Positions 51,780 through 64,000 of a DNA stretch of 64,000 bases are shown here, piece by piece; the stretch's first letter is position 1, and every line of letters starts with the position of its first letter. Source of the stretch: Octopus sinensis. Its lineage: Eukaryota. The notes under the pieces are model-generated. The model saw only the letters and a list, made by a program, of their open reading frames with translations, was not told the DNA's origin and searched no databases. The stretch spans positions 25,854,001-25,918,000 of the forward strand of contig NC_043003.1 of assembly GCF_006345805.1 (NCBI RefSeq). The letters run 5' to 3'. The position numbers were made by a program, and so were the translations under genes.

Positions 51780-53170
51780 AATATCAACTTCTTTTCACCT
51801 CATATTTTTATACTTTACTCTTCAAAGTTCATATCTCTTTCTTTACTCTACTCTTCATCACTTATTCTACTCCCCACTTTCTCAACTATTTTCTATCTCT
51901 CTGTACTCTACTCTCCTTTTACCGCTTTCTCCACTCTACTCTCTCTATTCCTGTCTGAAATATCCCTCTACCTTTCTCTCCACTGTGATGCTCATCTCTC
52001 TCCTTCCCTCTTTCTCCCCCGTCTCTCTCTTTCTCCCCTGTCTCCCCGTCTCTCTCTTTCTCCCCTCTCTCCTTAGTTGCCATCTCTTTCTCTTCCCCTC
52101 CTCTGTCTCTCTCCCCACCAGTCTCCCTACCCTCTGTCTTTCTCCCTCTTGCCTTCTTTCCTTCCTTTCCCTCGCTCTATTTCCATCTCAAATAGTCCTC
52201 TACTCCCGTTACAAACACCTCTTCTGTAGACCTCATCACATGGTCTACCCCTATCTCTCTCTCTTCTGTACACCTCATCAGTTCTACTCCGTCCTTCACG
52301 TGCCTTAACGTTTTACTCTTCCCTTCTCTTTTCTCTCCCACTTTCTGTATTACATCTATTCGTGTTTAAGTAATAACAAACCTTCAATTTAAAAGCATAA
52401 CTATGAAGTTCGTAATGATCCAACCAGCACTTAGAGCTTCTTTATTAGGTGCACATTATCGATGAATAACACAGCTAAAAGTACAGTCAGTTGAATTTTG
52501 AATAAAGTGTTTCAAATAACTTTAAGTTATGAAGTTTAAATAATGGATCCAACTTTTCTTTCTTTTTCTGTTGTTATTGTTTAGCCTCGGGTCAGCCCTG
52601 ATTGAGCAAACCTATAATCAAGATCATTTTAGCGATATCTAAGGATGTCTTTTTCTCTACCGCTGTCATACGACTGGAACCATTAAGATAATAAAAGGAT
52701 GATGAGGCTGTTATTTCTAGCAGATGGAGTAACCACATAGAGGCTCCCACGTTGTCTCGTTTAAATGCTGGTTTTTTACTGAAGGAGTAGTATGAGTAAA
52801 AGAAAAGGAAAATAGGGAGAAGGAAAGAAAGAGGAAAAGTCATGTGAAGAAGAAGAAGATAGGAAGAAGCAAAACTTGAGGAGATAAGAAGGGATGCAAA
52901 GAGTGGAGAGAGAGAAAAAGAAATAAAGGGAAGAGGTGAAGAGAAAAAGTGGGAAACATTTGAAATGAGAAGACAGAGAGGAAGGGAGTAAAGAGAAAGT
53001 GGACGAAAACATAAAAAATATGAAGGGGGAGGAGAACAAAAGAGAAAAGGTCATAAACAGAGGAAAAAAGAAATAAGAATAGAGAAAGGAAGATGCAAAG
53101 AAAAGGAGAGGAAGATAAGAAGAAAGAAGTCAATGGGGAAAGAGAGAGTGGATCTAGTAAGAGAGAAAAA
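51780..53170. repeat. Opposed low-complexity tracts: CT-rich (51780-52330) and GA-rich (52790-53170)
   Basis: Strong pyrimidine then purine bias on the plus strand between the two putative promoters. Confidence 0.85.
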
Positions 53171-53199
53171 ATCTTTCTCTTCGCTTTCTTCTCTTGTGA

Positions 53200-53343
53200 A
53201 CCTTGACATGACCTGACCTGCTATCCTCCTACTCCAGTTACTTGACAAGCTTGTATGTGTCTGTGTAAGAGTGTGTGTGAGTGAGTAGTGTCTATGGACG
53301 TTTAGTGTAAACATCAACGGCGGTACGTTCGGACGAGGTAAGA
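53200..53343 (+). other. Candidate non-coding first exon of a divergent plus-strand transcript
   Basis: CpG-rich non-repeat sequence ending in a consensus donor GAG|GTAAGA at 53337/53338, followed by T-rich intron-like sequence. No coding exon was identified; the start coordinate is approximate. Confidence 0.3.
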
Positions 53344-53727
53344 CAATTCCATTCATTGTCCATCACTCATCCTTCGAGCAGTTTTTTGTCTTCTTAGAAC
53401 CGTTGCTGCTTGTAGTTTATTTCTTCCTTTTCTTTCGACGTCGTTCTCGTTTGAATTTTCTCTTGGTTTGATCGCATAGGTATTTTCTTACTTGTTACAC
53501 AAGTTTCTGAAACAGTTATTAATCCTTTTACATGTATCCTTATCTCATATATGTGTGTACTGGTAAGTCCGTATAAATTACATACGTCAGAAAAATTCGC
53601 CGGTAGATATAATTTATTCACAACACACTTCAACAAATTTCCATCGAAAGAATGAAGAAAGAATAGTACCGATTTGATTTTTTCCCCTCCCCATCTTAAT
53701 TCAGTTTATTACTCGAAATATAGTGTA

Positions 53728-53791
<64 letters not shown>

Positions 53792-54032
53792 CCGAAATGT
53801 ATAGTATTAAATATCCGTCACGTATATGTATATATGAATATATATATACTGGTCCCAAGAACTGGGCTGTGACCCCACGGGGGTGCTGCGAATATGAATG
53901 TTATTTAGCAATTTCTGCCTTCCCAGTCATGTAATGTCTTATATAAGTGAATTTATTGAAAACAGTTTTGCCAATACTAGGATCAAATCAATATGTTTTA
54001 TTCTAATCTTCATCATCCGCCCCCTTTTCACT

Positions 54033-54102
<70 letters not shown>

Positions 54103-56263
54103 AAAATATAATATACTAACATTGTATAAAATATATTGATTGTAAGAAACTTTTTAACTTGCATTTAGTATAATTTTCTCTCGGTATGTCTTTCTCCACC
54201 TACATTCTTCAACAACCATAACAACTTACGGAATGTTTCTTGTTTCTGTGTTGGAATGTGTGTTTTAATATACCGCGAACTCGGTGGAAACGGGACATAA
54301 ACAGGGGTGAAGTAACGGAGTGGCAATTTGAAGCAATATCCGAGAGGCATCCGCCCCCTCTTCTGGAAACACATCCACTTGTATTTTTCGTTTCTGTCTC
54401 TCTTTCTCTCATTAAACCCTTATTTTTTATATTATGTGTGTGTATGTTTAGGGGACCGAAGCCCTATGGCAACATGACTAGCTGAACTAATCCCTAAATA
54501 CGTGGAGTTCCACGTTTTCCCCCTCTCCCATATTGCTAGTTAAACTATGATTCCACTTTCGGTTAACGCCCCCTGTGTTCTCTCAGTGATTTTTATACAA
54601 ACCAAACATGTTTCATACCTCTAAAATGTTATTATACTGAAACGCCTGATTTTAGAATACTTAGATACAAATTTCAACGTTCCGTGTTCAAATCCCGCCA
54701 AGCTAACTCTCACCTTTTGTCTCGGTGCGGAGGGGTGGACATCGATGAAGTAAGTACCATTTCACGCGCCGAGTTGCTACAATCGACTTCGCAACTTTGT
54801 ACTAATGTGAGACATTAGCAGGGCAGCGGATGGACTGGCGGTCAGAGATGTCATGTCGTATTTACCTGTCTCATTTTGTTTCGAGTTCAAATCCCGTTAT
54901 CGTCGACTTCGCCTTTCACCTTTCCAAAGTCGTTATACTAAATTCCAGTTAAATGTCCTCGATTTAATCGGTTATACCCATCTCTCCCAGTACGGGTGGT
55001 CTTGTGTTCAAATCAGAAAGGAGATCAAAGTATCCTTTCTGACTTGAATACCTTGTATTTCGTTATGTTTCTCTTCATTCCAAGTTTAACTTTGTCTTTC
55101 ATTCTTCCGGATCGATGAAATGAAATACCAGTTAAGTAGTAGGATCCCTATAATAACCTTTTCATATACACTCAGGAGAAAATCCTTGGCTTTGCACTTT
55201 GCTATTTTGCAGAACATGGGTCTCTATGTGTTTGACAAGTTTGCTTTCTAGATACATACATAGTTTCAGGTTTAGTCTGGTTGTGTGATACCCTGGGCAA
55301 AAGTCTTCTATTATGGCTTCGTGCCGACCAAAGCGTTGTGAGTGGATTCAGTTTAGAGAAACTGAAAGAAGCCCATCATGTATGTGTGTGTGTCCTTGTC
55401 TTGACATCGTATGATTGTTGTAAATGAGTGTCTGTCACTGTCATACAAGCAGTGTAATTCATTTCTAATAGTATACGGAAACATGTCTGGCTATATCTTG
55501 CTTTGAAATAAATTAGGGTTAGTGACAGCAAGTGCATCTGGCTGTAGAAAATCTGCTTCAATTAAACTGTCCCTAGCAGGCATGGAAAAGTGAACATTAA
55601 AATGAGGATGATGAGAAATGCTTATTATGATGACATAGTTGGCATTTGTCAAAAATTTGTTTTTTTAGGGGGGGTCTAGGAGTATACTGTGTCGATTTCC
55701 ATTCCAAGTTTTATTGGAGGCTCTACCTAGGTGACATCCCCTCTTCTTGCCAATTCAAAAATGTCATTGACAAGTTTAAGGTTTGTGATGTTTGTGCACT
55801 TGGTCGTCTAGGGTATCACTCATGAGCTGCTCCAGGAAGACATCAAAGAGAATGTAGCTGTGGACGAACCCTGAATGGACTCTCTTAGTGGACAGGAACT
55901 AGAGACAGTACAACTGTTCAAATACCTGAGGGCAAGAACCTATAAGAGTAGGTTTCAGCTGAATGACCAGTCTGAGAGACCAAAGAGCTAAGGAGAATTC
56001 TTTGAATTTTGGTAAGTTGAAAAAAAAATACGTCTCCCTTGTGTTTTGAGAAAACTCCTCACTGGAGCCAGAAAGCGTTTTGTTTCATCTTGCAAAATTG
56101 TTGGGTGCAGTCATTAGTTATATAAAGGGTATGGCTGTGTGCTTCCCAGTCACATGGTTTCAGGTTCAGTCTCGCTGTATGGCACTGTGGGAAAGTATTT
56201 TCTACTATAGCCCCAGGCCAATTAAAGCCTTGTGAGTGGATTTGCCCAATAGAAACTGAAAGA

Positions 56264-56501
56264 AGGCGGTGAGCTGGCAGAAACATTAGCATGCCGGGCA
56301 AAATGTTTCGCGGTATTTCATTAGTCATCACGTTCTGAGTTCAAATCCCGCCGAGGTTGACTTTGCCTTTCCTCCTTTCAGGGTCGATAAATTAAGTACC
56401 AGTTACTCACTGGGGGTCAATGTAATTGACTTAATCCCTTTGTCCGTCCTTGTTTGTCCTCTCTATGTTTAGCCCCATGTGTGCAGTAAAGAAATAAGAA
56501 A
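56264..56501 (+). mobile_element. tRNA-derived SINE family B (other copies at 18900-19125, 21160-23790 cluster, 32380-32570, 59530-59690, 60355-60560)
   Basis: Head ggtgagctggcagaa with B-box-like gagttcaaatccc, and central gactttgcctttcatcctttcggggtcgataaa(a/t)taagtacc resembling the Meta/Sauria-type SINE core (from memory). Confidence 0.8.
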
Positions 56502-57492
56502 CTGAAAGAAGCCTGTCAGTTAAAAAGGAGGTACAAGCACTTTCACACAGAGCTTAGGGTGTTGTGCTTGCAATCACAAGATAGTGGTTTCATTTTGATG
56601 AAGGGAGTGGACTAGTGTACAGCACAAACATTTGATTATTATAAGCAAGTTGTTTGTGAAAGTTCTTCTGCAAGAAGTTGTAGAACATTCATCTGTTATG
56701 TATGATGAGAGAGTCCTCAATATGTGTCTGTGTGTGTGTGAATGTTTGTGTTTCCTTATCTTGACAATACTTGAATGTCACTGTCATGCAAGCCATGTCA
56801 TTCGTTTGCAGTATTTTGCAAAAATATGTCTTGCCACAAGAAAATAAAACCTTGCTTGGAAACAAGTGAGGGTTGGTGACAGGTAAAGTACCAAACCATA
56901 GAAAACGCTGTCCAATTCATGCAAATATTGAAAAGTGGACATTGAAATGATAATCATGACCTGAAATCTTTGCAATTCCAATACTGGCAATGAATAAACT
57001 GAAACCAAAATAGAGATAAAAGCATCATCATGAAGAACAAGATCAGATTCCAACATTCAGTGGTGCCTTCCATCATGTGAAGCATGAACTCACTCATGAA
57101 AGAGTAAATTTCTTCAATAAAATTGCCATTCACTTTAACCATGGCCTCCAGTTCAAATCCCGTTGTAGTCGACTTCGCCTTTCATCTTTCCAAAGTCGAT
57201 ATACTAAATTCCAGTTAAATATGCTCGATTTACTCAGTTATACCCCTCTCTCCCAGTATGGGTGGTCTTGTGTTCAAATCATAAAGGAGATCAAAGTATT
57301 CTTTCTGGCTTGAATACCTTGTATTTCGTTATGTTTCTCTTCGTTCCAAGGTTAACTTTGCCTTTCATTCTTCCGGATCGATGAAATGAAATACCAGTTA
57401 GGCAGTAGGATCCCTATAATAACCTTTTCATATACATTCAGGAGAAAATCCTTGGCTTTGCACTTTGTTATTTTTCAGAACAGGTGTCACTA

Positions 57493-58192
57493 TGTATTTG
57501 GAATCTCTTGCAACTCTCCTGAACGGTTCCCTTGTTTAAGTTGGTGAATGCTGCCATAATTCTTGCCTTCAGTTCATCTTTGGTGTTGCAAGCAGTTTTG
57601 TTGGTCTCTCACTCAACAACTGCGCCCCACACATAATAATCGAGGGGGTTGCAGTCTGGGGAGTTAGGTGGCCAGATGTTAGGGGTGATGTGCTCGCTGA
57701 AATTGTCTGACAGCCATGACTGGATTCTCCTGCTTGTGTGGCATGTTGCAGAGTTCTGTTGCCAGACATTGGGTGTCCAGCAGCCACCCTCTTGACCCAG
57801 GGCAGCATTAGTCCTCCAGGCACTTGATGTAGATCGCCACATTGAGTATGAAGCTATGTGGGAAGTTCAGTGGAGGCATAATATTGCCATCACTAGTGAT
57901 CACTCCAAACACCATGATGTTGACTGGATGTTTGATTTTTATCACTCTCAGTACATATCCTCAGATTGATACCCAGACACTCTGAAATGTTCGTACTAGA
58001 GCTTCTGGTGCGAATGCCAAGCAGTACAGCATGTCGTTTCCAAATTTCTGGCAGAGTGAATTGCATCATGGTGCTATTTTCTCACAGATGGTGCCCAACT
58101 GACCCTACTATACTATATAGTCAACAAAATCAAAAATAAACAATGCGCATGCGCAAAATTAAAAGTATAGAATGGCAACAATTTACCCATCG
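57493..58192 (-). mobile_element. Tc1/mariner maT (DD37D) transposase remnant
   Basis: KHPVNIMVFGVITSDG and WQQNSATCHT...WPPNSPDCNPLDYYVWG, with 37 residues between the second (here N) and third catalytic positions. Frameshifted; one terminus preserved. Confidence 0.85.
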
Positions 58193-58518
58193 TGGGCAGT
58201 ACCTAAAGATTGTGCTTAGGTTGCCAGGTATGTTAAAAAATGCTGTTGGTCATGCTCTCAGCACATGAAACTACTAGTAACACATAAAAAACATATCTTG
58301 TATTTATCAAATAATATATACATATATATTTTTTTTTAAACCATTTGACTGTGGCCATGCTGGAGCACCACTTTTAGTCGGACAAATCAACCCCAACACT
58401 TATTTATTGTAAGCCTAGTACTTATTCTATCAGTCCCATTTATTGAACCACTAAGTTACAGGGATGTAGACACACCAACATCAGATGTCAAGTGATGGTG
58501 GAGTCAAACACAGACACA

Positions 58519-58556
<38 letters not shown>

Positions 58557-58848
58557 GCTTCTTTCAGTTTCTGTCTACCAAATTCACTCACAAGGCTATG
58601 GTAGGCCCGAGGCTATACCAGGAGCCATTTGCCCAGGGTGCCACCCAATGGGACTGAACCCAGAACCAGTGGTTGGTAAGCAAGCTACTTACCACACACC
58701 CACTCCTGCACACACACACACATTTATATTTGAGTTGTCTAAGAGACCATAAGGCAGAGAGAAGATGCACTCATATAAATGTTAGTAGAGTGGGTATATT
58801 ATCTGAATTTTATAGCATTAAATATCAATCACAGCTGTTTTTCCCCAA

Positions 58849-59082
58849 TCAGTTTCGCGCAAAAAATATAATGGAGTGTTAGGCAACAAACCAATTATAT
58901 AAATGCGCTCATCAGAGTAGCTGACATGGAAGGGAATATGGCGATTGGTCTCCATTACCGATACATCTCATCTGCCTGACCAGTCACCATATTCCCTTCG
59001 ATGTCGGCTACCTCTGTCGAGTGTATATATGTAATTGGTTTCTTGCCTAACACTCCATTGTATTTTTGGCACAAAACCGGTT
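58849..59082. mobile_element. Penelope-like inverted repeat with hammerhead core motifs
   Basis: Arms at 58849-58950 and 58978-59082. The minus strand of the left arm reads CTGATGA-gcgca...tgcgc-GAAA; the right arm has the degenerate CTGTCGA...AAAA-ccggtt. Confidence 0.6.
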
Positions 59083-60572
59083 GATATGACCAGCCACGGT
59101 GGATACTTAATACTTTAAAATTCAGATTATATGTATGTATGTATATATATTAAAATTAATGAAAGGACATACTAATTATGTCTACCTGCTGGAAATAAAC
59201 ATCGATCACACTCAAATGGTGCTTTTTACGTGTCACCAGCACAGGTGCCAATCAGGTGGTACTGTCATCGGCCACAACAAGGACTTCACTTGCCTCAACA
59301 GGTCTTTTATGTATATTTGTATTAGCCCTTGTGGCCAATAAAAAGGTAAATTATTATTATCATTGAGTGTTATCCTAAGCAGGTGTGTGTTGCCTTAAGC
59401 AAAAGTGTGTTCACTTTGTTTTGAGGACTCTGGCTGTTTTACTAAGCAAAATTGGGGTGAAAATGCTTCTTTATGGATGATTTTAACACAGCACCTCCTG
59501 GAATCTATTGGACAGCTGACAGTTGCAATATTTTTTCAGGCTATTCTGAGTTCAAATCCTGCCTAGGTCAAGTTTACCTTTCATCCCTTTGGGGTTGATA
59601 AATTAAAGTATCAGTCAAATACTGGGGTTAACAGTATTGACTAATGCCCCTCCCCTTAAATTTTCTGATCTTGTTCCTAATTTAGAAATAATTATAAAAT
59701 TGTGGATTAGTAGAACCAATAGAATGACTACCCTCCTCCCCCAAAATTTCTAGCGTCGTGCTAATATTAGAAGCATGTATTATTATGGCTTTGTACTTTT
59801 GTAAGAAAAGGCTGTTTAGTAAGAAGTTTGCTTCCCAACCACATAGTTGTGGGTTCAGTCCCACTGTGTCACAAATCGAGCAAATGTCTTCTACTATAGC
59901 CTCATTTGGATGCAAAGCCTTGTAAGTGGATTTGGTAGGTAGAAACTGAAAGAGGCTCGTCATATATATGTATGTACATGTGTTGTGTCTTTTTGTCTGT
60001 GTTGTCCCCCACTGCCAACACCACCATTTGACAACTGTAAAAAGCACCCACTACACTCTCGGAGTGGTTGGCATTAGGAAGGGCATTCAGCTGTAGAAAC
60101 TCTGCCAAATCAAGATTGGAGCCTGGTGCAGCCATCTGGTTCGCCAGCCCTCAGTCAGAATCGTCCAACCCATGCTAGCATGGAAAGCGGACGTTAAACG
60201 ATGATGATGATGCTGGTGTGTTTACATCCCATGTGACTTAGTGGCTCAACAAAAGAGGTCAATAGAATAAGTAGCAGGCTTTAAAAATATTAAAAAGTTC
60301 TAGGGGCAGGGTCGATAAATTTGATTACAAATAATTATTATTATCATCATCATTATTTAAGGCGGCAAGCTGGCACACTGGGCAAAATGCTTAGCAGCAT
60401 TTCGTCCATCGTTACATTCTGAGTTCAAATTCCACTGGGGTCAACTTTGCCTTTCAACCTTCCAGGGTTGATAAAATAAGTTCCAATTGAGCACTGGGGC
60501 TGGCATAATCAACTGTCCTCCTCCAACAAATTTCAGACCTTATGCTTGTCGTAGAAAGAACTATTACTATTA

Positions 60573-60793
60573 CTAGAGGGATCCATGAATATTTCATGGA
60601 ATTAATGGTAAACTTATTGGTTTATTTCTGAAAACTTTATCCAAAAAACCCGAAAGTGTAGCCTGTGTTGTGTCTGTATAGAAAGATAGTCGCCCATCTG
60701 CTTATCATTGAAAAGTGAAGGAAATTGGAATACAATGATTATTTGATGTTCTTTATATATGCACTTTATATACTTTATGCACAATTTTATAGA
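60573..60793 (-). mobile_element. Probable non-autonomous Helitron
   Basis: Perfect hairpin tccatgaa-tat-ttcatgga (60582-60600) next to a terminal CTAG|T. The 5' end is uncertain (60686 or 60793). Confidence 0.5.
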
Positions 60794-61392
60794 TTTAATA
60801 CACAGTACTCTCCCTCTTTCTCTCTCACTCTTCACCTTACCCTCTTTTTCTCCTTTTTCTTTTGCTCTTTGCCTTTCCCTTCAACTAATCTTGTGAAAGT
60901 GTTACAGACAGGCAAAGTAACGGAGCAAAAAGACTTAGTTAAAAAAAAAATTACATATTTCACTCACCACCACCGCCCTCCCCATTCCCCACTTTTCCCG
61001 CCTCCCCCTCAATATTTTTGTTCCTTTCACTATTTCATTTCTTTGGAAAACACTCATTCCCTAATAATTGTAGGGGAAAAAAGAACTTTTGTACTTTCAC
61101 TTTTGACAAGGTAAACACATTTACTTTGATGAACCAACAGAAAGCGGACTCAAGACTGCACGAAAGGTATTCCACTTTCTTATCTTATGTTACCTTTTTA
61201 TAGTTCTGTAAATTTTTTGGTACTTCATATTTTCATTTTACTTCACATTTAATCAACTCTTTTAGGGAATTAAAAAAAAGTAAATGTGTTTTCCTTGGTG
61301 TAAAAATGGAAGTATTTTCTGGGTCATAAAAAAGTGAATTCTTTGTTTTTGTATCATTTGTTTGTTTTTATGTTTGTTGTTCCATGCTTTTT

Positions 61393-61670
61393 GTTGTGTC
61401 TAGAGAGAGTCATTACACTAATATTAATAACACCTGTGCTAGTTCAATTCCACACCCTTATTAGACAATTGGTTAACTATCTATGCAATTAACTGATCAA
61501 TCGTTTAACTTGTTAGTTAAAAAAAAAAAAATTGACTATTTATCCAACAAGTTAAATAACTGATTAGTTAGTTCAATAGATATTTAACCAATAGACTAAT
61601 AATAAAGGAGTGGTATTCAACTAGTGCCTGTGTTATTAATTTTGGCTTAATGACTCTCTCTAGATATAAC
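61393..61670. repeat. Diverged foldback MITE with the same terminal motif (tctRgRgagagtcatt)
   Basis: Arms gttgtgtctagagagagtcatt... / ...aatgactctctctagatataac, imperfect along ~130 bp. Confidence 0.8.
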
Positions 61671-62140
61671 CAAATTTGTTTCAACACACAAATTCACATA
61701 AAGAATCTTGCAAACCAAATACAAAAATTAAGTTTTCCTTGTTATTTTGGATTAAATGAATATATCATAGTAGCATTGTTTTAAAGCTGGATGCCTTTCC
61801 TGTTGCTAATCCTTCCGTATTTTTCAAGTAAGAGATCTCTTATTTTACACATTTTCAAAGCTGTAGTGCCAGCAATGTTATGTTGACAGAGGAAATGACA
61901 ACAATATCCTCTTGCAGTGCATTGATTTTTAGAAAAGAGCAAATATAAACACACAGACGTGCGCACACACACACACACACAAGATTCTTTCAGTTTCCAT
62001 CAACTGAATTTATTCACATGGCTTTGGTCATCCTGTGCCTTATAGTAGAAGATGCTTCCTCAAGGTGCCAAGCAGTGAGACTGAACCTGAAACCACATCT
62101 TTGGGAAGTGAACTTCTTAACAACACAGACATATAAAAGA

Positions 62141-62500
62141 CTAGCAGTATCGCCCGGCGTTGCTCGGGTTTGTTTCGACCCGCTGGAATTGTAATTTTGA
62201 AAAGTAAAAATTTTGTGAACATTTTTCTGGTTGAAATATACCGAAAAGTGGCGACACAGCAGTGAAAAATGTCGTAAAAAAATAGGGATTTTCATAGAAA
62301 AAAGCAGCTTTTTGATGTAAATAATTTTTGGTGTTAACATGGTCCGATTTGAATTTTATGTTCTACAGAAGGAAGAGCAACCCTTCTTCTATCATACTCT
62401 CAATTTTGGTCAACTTGCGCCGCAGGGTCTCGGAGGAGATAGTGTTAGTTGAAGGTTACCAAACGTGGCGCACACAGACAACTTCAGCTTTATATAGAGA
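62141..62500 (-). mobile_element. Non-autonomous Helitron
   Basis: Minus strand has 5' TC at 62500, a 3' hairpin cccgagcaacgccggg and a terminal CTAG at 62144-62141. Inserted between A and T with no TSD. Confidence 0.85.
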
Positions 62501-62699
62501 TAACACACACACATTAATACACATACATAGACACACACACACATGGATGTATATATGTACATCTGTCCACTTCTTGCAATATTTTTATCCTTCACTTACT
62601 ACACACACACACACACACTTACACACACACAAAGACACACACATGCACACACACACACACACACACACGCACACACACACACCTTCTTAGCTTACAATT

Positions 62700-63786
62700 T
62701 CTTTCTGTCAACAATTGACAACAGAAGTACGCTTGCCAATTAATACTACCAAAATTTAACGACAGAAAGTAAATTAAAAACCAATTTACCTTTTCTGTAT
62801 TGTTATGGCAATCCGACCGTCGGTGTGTTTTTGCAAATGTGTTCAAATGAGAAGTGAGTTGTGTTTGGCGCCTTTTTTACTAATAACAAACACACACGTG
62901 TGTGTGTGTTTGAGTGTTTGTATGTAGTTGTTTGAAACGTTTGTGTTTGTCACTGTCATATATGTATGTGTATGCGTGTGTGTGAGGAATGGCAAACCAG
63001 ATAGATAGCGCGCGAAGTTGTTTTGAAGTTCGCGCTCCGCTTGTGTGTGTGTGTGTGTGTGTGCGCGTGCTTTAGGTACACAGCACAGCATTACTCTCTC
63101 TGTCTCTTTACACACACTAACAAAAGCACTTCACTTACACACCACACTTTCTGTGTCGCACACCCCATCAAACACACACACACACACACACACTCACGCA
63201 CGCACACATGTACATCAATGCTTTCGGAGTGAAATGTTAAAATATTGAGTTTTCTCGAATTTTGTCTTAATTGGGGGTGAAATTGAAAGAAATTTTGTAT
63301 GGCATGACCGAATGGAAGTACTTGTAAAAATCATAGGTAAACTGTAATTGAAGAAATTGTGTGAGGAGTAAATCGTTATGTATTTATTTGTTTCTGTTTG
63401 CTGTTTTTTTTTTTTTGAGTAGTGGTTTAAGGTACACTTCTCTCGTTTTATAGAAATAGTTTCACTTTAATCGTTGCACACTTGCAAAGAGAAAGGAGTA
63501 GAAATTAGGGTGATAGCGTGAGTGAAGCAGATCGCTCCGTTTTTGTGTGTGTGTGTGCATGTGCTGTAGCCCACACTAAGAAAAGCACTTGACTTACACA
63601 CCACAATGTGAGTTTTCTCTAAATGTTGCTTAATTGGGGTTGAAATTTAAAAAACCGGACCTGGCACGACCCGATACATTCTACTCTTAAAAATGCTAGG
63701 TAAATTGTAATTGAAGAAATCCTATATTGTAGATTTCTATAAGAGACAAAGGGAGGCAGATAAAATCTGCCTTTTATAATAAGAGA
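62700..63786 (-). mobile_element. Helitron-like element with an internal diverged duplication
   Basis: A|TCTCTTATTATAAAAGGCAGATTTTATCTGCC 5' end at 63786. Segments 63110-63365 and 63570-63725 are diverged copies. 3' end not found. Confidence 0.5.
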
Positions 63787-64000
63787 TAAATGGATCTAAT
63801 AGCTTTTCATAATTATTCCAATTTTTCATGAGGAAGTGCAAAATTCTTGTACCACAAATTTTTTTCTCTGTATGTTTAACCTAACATTTTCAAAGTTCAT
63901 GCAGGAGTGGCTGTGTGGTAAGTAGCTTGCCTACCAACCACATGGTTCTGGGTTCAGTCCCACTGCGTGGCATCTTGGGCAAGTGTCTTCTGCTATAGCC

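Noticed and set aside
51736-52308. 190-aa plus-strand ORF
   Set aside because: Translation of a CT-rich low-complexity tract (L/S/P/F only); no domain or splice support.
61135-61170. Possible 26-nt plus-strand micro-exon (ccaacag|AAAGCGG...GAAAG|gtattc)
   Set aside because: Weak pyrimidine tract and no independent support.
1-64000. CRISPR arrays, rRNA genes, prokaryotic operons or defence systems
   Set aside because: None seen. The sequence is intron-rich eukaryotic DNA, and the regular repeats are SINE or LINE subrepeats without unique spacers.

Overview
AT-rich, repeat-saturated eukaryotic DNA, inferred from its repeat families to be a coleoid cephalopod, most likely Octopus. The only host gene I can support is an ANKLE2/LEM-4-like gene on the minus strand. 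Its first coding exon is at 51259-50854 and the next clear coding exon is at 3300-3173. A ~47.5 kb phase-1 intron separates them and splits the viroplasmin/RNase-H1-N-like domain. The gene continues beyond the left edge. A CpG-retaining promoter region with CCAAT/CRE-like motifs lies at ~51.5 kb, and a possible divergent plus-strand first exon lies at ~53.3 kb. The rest is transposon-derived: RTE, CR1-type and REL-type LINE fragments; at least three tRNA-derived SINE families; mariner (DD34D), maT (DD37D), Sola2-like and hAT/Buster remnants; piggyBac-type MITEs; Helitron/Helentron elements; foldback palindromes; and microsatellites. The most unusual signal is two Penelope-like inverted repeats (28.6-28.9 kb and 58.8-59.1 kb) carrying hammerhead-ribozyme motifs. 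In both pairs the copy that is sense to the known or putative host transcript has a broken catalytic core, while the antisense copy keeps it. All family assignments come from motif recognition by eye; no database searches were run.
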